From NCBI RefSeq assembly GCF_009914755.1, contig NC_060942.1: a stretch of 64,000 bases of DNA. One strand, 5' to 3'. Every line of letters starts with the position of its first letter. Position 1 is the first letter of the stretch. The translations under genes were made by a program, and so were the position numbers. Source of the stretch: the human T2T-CHM13v2.0 reference genome, Homo sapiens. Below the pieces are notes generated by a model. The model searched no databases, was not told the DNA's origin, and saw only the letters and a program-made list of their open reading frames with translations. This document shows positions 59,301-64,000 of the stretch, one piece after another.

Positions 59301-59659
59301 AAAAACAAGTTTCAACTAAATCGATAAGTTTAAGCTGGTAGTCATTCAGATATCAGTTGCATTTCAGATGTCATTCCACTAAAGAAAATTAATCCAGCTT
59401 ATTTTACTATGCATCTGTTTTCTTGGGAATGCTTTATTACCTCTAAACTATTATTCTGAAAACACCAGAAGTGGTTTGCTTTTATGTGGCAGAGAACTTC
59501 ATCGCTGCACAGGCTGAATATGTAATTCTCTAGTTTTGTTGAAGTTGAGCCATATCCATCATCATTCCACAAAAAGGGCCTCATGATGCTCTGCTATATT
59601 GATGACATCAATCTGGACAGCTGGATGTAGTGGATTCCCCCAGGGAACAACAGAAAAAA

Positions 59660-59868
59660 TAAAAGCCTGTGGAAAACAATCCAACCCATCGTCTGTTTTT
59701 GTAAATAAAGTTTTATTGAACCACCGCCATGCACATTCACTTACATATTTTCTATGGCTGCTTTCATGCTCTGATTATTAAGGTGAATAGTTGTGACATG
59801 TCTAACAAAGTCTAAAATATTTACTATCTGGCGCTTTATGGAAAGAAATTTGTCAACTGCTACTCTAG
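59660..59868. mobile_element. MER58A-like hAT-Charlie MITE
   Basis: tgtttttgtaaataaagttttattg...ctatggctgctttcatg...taaaatatttactatctgg. Confidence 0.88.
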
Positions 59869-60018
59869 ATAGTTTGGTTAGGTATGTTATGCCAGAGAGA
59901 AAGCCATAAATTCCAGCAATCCCTCAGTGAAGTTTTTTGGGTTCCAGCAGTCTATACCATGTAGGGCACCTTGTTCCTAGGACATCTTTCACCCTCCTGC
60001 CATTAAGAAAACAGTCAC

Positions 60019-60315
<297 letters not shown>

Positions 60316-61149
60316 AAGAAAACAATCACAACAATACTGTGAATATTTGGATTTTAAAGAATTTTTATGTATTTTTATGTATACATATATACATACACAC
60401 ACACACATATATATATGTACATACACACACACACTTTAAAAACCAATATATGATATAGATTTGGGATTATATATAATATATAGAGATTTGGAATGAGTTT
60501 ATATTTAAAATATATATTTTATAAATATATAAAATATAAATGTATATAGTATGTGTGTGTGTGTATATATATATATACACACACATATATATACACATAT
60601 ATGTGTATATATATATAAAATCTCCCATTTGGTGATGCTAAACCTATCTACTTATTAAAGTAATCCAAAAGATGCCAATATAAAATAAGACAAGCTTTCC
60701 AATTCTGTTAAGCTGGAGACAGGTATATCTGCGACTGGGTCTTAGGAGCCAGAGATCCAAGAAATTTCAAGGTGCATAATGTATCTATAGCAGGCTGGGA
60801 GGTATGAAGGAATCCTCAAGAAATCCTTAATAGAGAAAGAAAAGAAGATGTCTTGCTTGAGATATTTTTCCACTATAATTTCCCTGCGCTACTGGTGGTC
60901 AGACCCTCCCGCGTATGGAACCATAAGGGCAACGCAGAGCACTTATGCCTTAAACTAATGTGGCATGAGATACTTCTGTAAAGCAAGAGCAATTTTTCTT
61001 TTCTCTGAAAATGATTACAGGAGATAATGCATAAGGCCTAAAGGCTGAGTGGATGAAGCTGTGGCAACATAGGGAGGGATACACATACTTTAGAGCAAGA
61101 CAGTGTGAATAACTGAACTCCATAATGTATCAGCGGAAATATCAATACT

Positions 61150-61338
61150 ATTATCTAATATTTATTGAATGTGTCTAAATACCAGACATTGCTCTAAGAG
61201 CTTTGCTTGTATTAACTAATTCATTCCTCATAACAACTCTCTAAAGTAGATATAGTTTTGATACCCCTTTAAAAACAAAGAAATTCAGCCATACAAAAAT
61301 TAGCTAATTGGCACAAGCTCACATAGCTAGAAAGCGGT
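61150..61338 (-). mobile_element. MIR fragment (interrupted by an MST LTR)
   Basis: atttattgaat...ccagacattgctctaagagcttt...cctcataacaactct; continues gaagccaggatt after 61675. Confidence 0.6.
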
Positions 61339-61339
61339 T

Positions 61340-61673
61340 GTTGCGGTTTGGACATATCCACTAAAAAATCCAAGTGTTGCTAATGTGATAGTAGCAAGAG
61401 GTGAGGCATTTGATAGGTGATTAGGCCATAAGCATTTCTCCTTAGTGAATAGAATTAAAGCCCTTATAAAAGAAGCTTCGGGCAGCATTCAACTCTTTGC
61501 CCTGTTAGAACAAAGCCTTCCTTCCCTCCAGAGCCCTCACCAGACAACCAAGCGTACCAGTGTCTTGATCTTGCACTTCCCAGCCTCTAAAGCTGTGAAA
61601 AAAATAAATTTCTATTATTTATAAATTGCCCAGTCTCAGGGGTTTTGTCGTAGTAGCACAAAACAGGTTAACG
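61340..61673 (+). mobile_element. MaLR LTR (MSTC/MSTD-like)
   Basis: gcccttataaaagaagctt...ccctcaccagaca...cttgatcttgcacttcccagcctc...ataaattgcccagtctcagg. Confidence 0.85.
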
Positions 61674-63019
61674 TTGTGGTGAAGCCAGGATTCTAAAAAA
61701 GAAAGTCTGATTCTACAATCAACATTTTACTTGTTGAGCTACCTTTCGAAATTCTTAAAAGCACTAAATATCGAATACTAAAGTCAAAATTCAGACAAGA
61801 TATTATGCAAATCAATGCTTATATCCAGTAGAATTTTTAGATAATAATTATATAAGGAATTTTATTATTCATAATTATAAAATCCTAAATTATATAATTT
61901 GTTTTCATATAGTTACCTCTTTTCATTTAAAAAATTGTGATACTCTATTTTCTTTGTATACCATGATTTAAGCTAAACTATTTCTTGATAATTTAGCCAA
62001 AACTGTAGTTGTGGTAGCTGATAAATGGTCAGAAATACAGAAATTCTACTTCTGTTTCTGATTCTTATTTTGCCAGAGGCAAGCAAACATCTGTTGATAC
62101 CTGTCAACACTGATATCAGTCATTTTGTTAATTTTTCCTTGTTTTCATATTCCCCAAAGTCATCACTGATCATATGATGTCCATTATAATTTGGTTCTCA
62201 TGCCCTCTATGATGATCTTTTGTTTCATTTGTTCTCCTTTATTAGGGTCATTAGAATGTTGACATTGAGTTAGCATGTCACCAGGCATCTGGCCTGCTAG
62301 TTCTTATCTGTCACAGTGTCACAATATAAACTTTTAACAATGCCCGAATAATGACCTCTACATAGTAGAAATAAACAAATTAGGCCACACAGTAAAAATA
62401 AATTTTAAAGAACATTGAGAGAGAGAAAGAGAGAGCAGGAGAGAATTAGTCAGTTGTCCAAGGTGTATAGCAAGAAAATGAGTATAACTAAAAACTGCAA
62501 CTCAAGTTTATTAAATGTTTACATCTATGATACTTGTTATCTATTCAAAATGTGCAGTTTCCAAAGTGTATGTTTTCTTCTACTTCTTCACAGCTATGGG
62601 GGAAAAATTCATTTGTTTCAAATTTTTTACTTCTATAGAATGTTTAAGCATGTCTTCTGTTAAAGAATGTAAACTAATTTTGTTCAAAATTTGCTTTAGT
62701 AAAATTATGATTATCATGTATTTGAATACAGATCAAACAAAATTAAAACTTAAAGTTTTCTGTTGAGTTTTCATATAGTCCATTACAATTTATAAAATGA
62801 TTTAAAGCAAAAAATTAGCAAATCTATAAATGATACCTAAAGTCATGAGATGTCTGTAACTCTAAAACGTCATGAGACTTGTATTTTAACCTATTTCTAG
62901 ATTTCAAAAAAAAAGTAACTTTTAAATTTGAATTGGGGATTTCTTCTTTCAGCCAATATAGAATAAAAGGAATCAGATTTAAATTGTATAAAATTATATC
63001 AAAAATGATTTTTTCATAC

Positions 63020-64000
63020 ATTAGACATCAGGCAAGACAGAACAGCGATCCTGATAGAGGGTGAACAAACAAGTTGAGCCTTACAATTTCTCAAGCTTTG
63101 TGCCCGGATAGAGTTATGAAGCTGACATGCAGGAGGAGGGAGAATGCCAACCCTGATGGCACCTCTCTGAGTTGCGGGAAAGGACTAGGGAGTCTGGAGA
63201 GTTCAGGAAGTTCTATTCCACAGAGCAGAGTGTAAAGAGAGGAGAGAAGCATGGAGCCAAACCTCTTGAAAAGGGCACAGAGTAGGCCGCCAGTTTTCAG
63301 CTTACAACTGATTAATGAAGGCATAACACAAAACATTGAAGCCAGAAAAGAAATAACAGAAAGAAGGACAGAGAGCAATACCAAGGATCAACAGGGCCAG
63401 GGAAAGTTCATGTTCCCACCAGTCAAAGTGGAAAAACTTATTCGCAGGGCATCACAAAGACTTCTTAAAAAGATATTGTCTCACCAGGGAGTCAAAATAG
63501 CCCTAGACTAAAAGTTGCTCAGTTTCCACAGAGCCTAAAAACAATACTTAAAAGAGTCGAACCATACTCAATCAAGTTAGCTTTATATCAGAACGAATTC
63601 AAGAACGTTTATAGGAATACACAATATCCACTAACGAAAAAGGGCAAAATCCACAGCATTTGGTTGCTAATCCAAAATTACCTGACATACAAAAAAGGCA
63701 AAATATGACACTTATATCATAAGCAGAAAAATCAATAACTTAGAAGAAAGTACACAAATAAGAGAAATAGTGAAGAAGATCATGAAAACAGTTATTATAA
63801 TTTTAAATTATATATTCAAGAAGGTAGAAATAAGATGAAGCATGTTAGGTGATGATGTAAAATATATTTCAAAAGACCAAAATCCAACTTCTAAAGTAGA
63901 AAAATACAATGTCTATGATAAAAAAATACACTAGATAGGATTGAAAGCAGACACTGCCAAAAGTAATTAAGAAAAATTCTGAACTTGATGACAAAGAACC
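63020..64000 (+). mobile_element. Old L1M 5' region and ORF1 start, runs off the window
   Basis: aacttctaaagtagaaaaatacaatgtctatgataaaaaaatacactagataggatt is typical of L1M ORF1. Confidence 0.65.

Noticed and set aside
60884-60901. CTCF-like motif tgcgctactggtggtca
   Set aside because: Only the ctggtgg half matches; the core spacing is wrong.

Overview
This is AT-rich primate genomic DNA, most likely hominoid or human, judged from AluY/AluS/AluJ, L1PA/L1PB, LTR12, MER4A and THE1/MST elements recognised by eye. It reads as gene desert or deep intron. I see no CpG island and no supportable cellular coding exon. The ORFs I can interpret come from L1 or Alu sequence, or from microsatellites. Much of the window is interspersed repeat, including deep nests of L1s. 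The most unusual feature is a 657-bp mosaic insertion at 25589-26245. It is built from three non-contiguous pieces of 19178-20249 (inverted, direct, inverted), joined by microhomology, which is a FoSTeS/MMBIR-type signature. All four of its mismatches fall within 68 bp. Other notable items are an antisense 5S rRNA fragment (nt 1-42) fused to an L1, several 5'-inverted L1s of unusual form, and two ultrashort L1 insertions with target-site duplications (TSDs). Subfamily names come from recalled consensus motifs and need RepeatMasker/Dfam confirmation. I found no evidence of a new protein-coding system.
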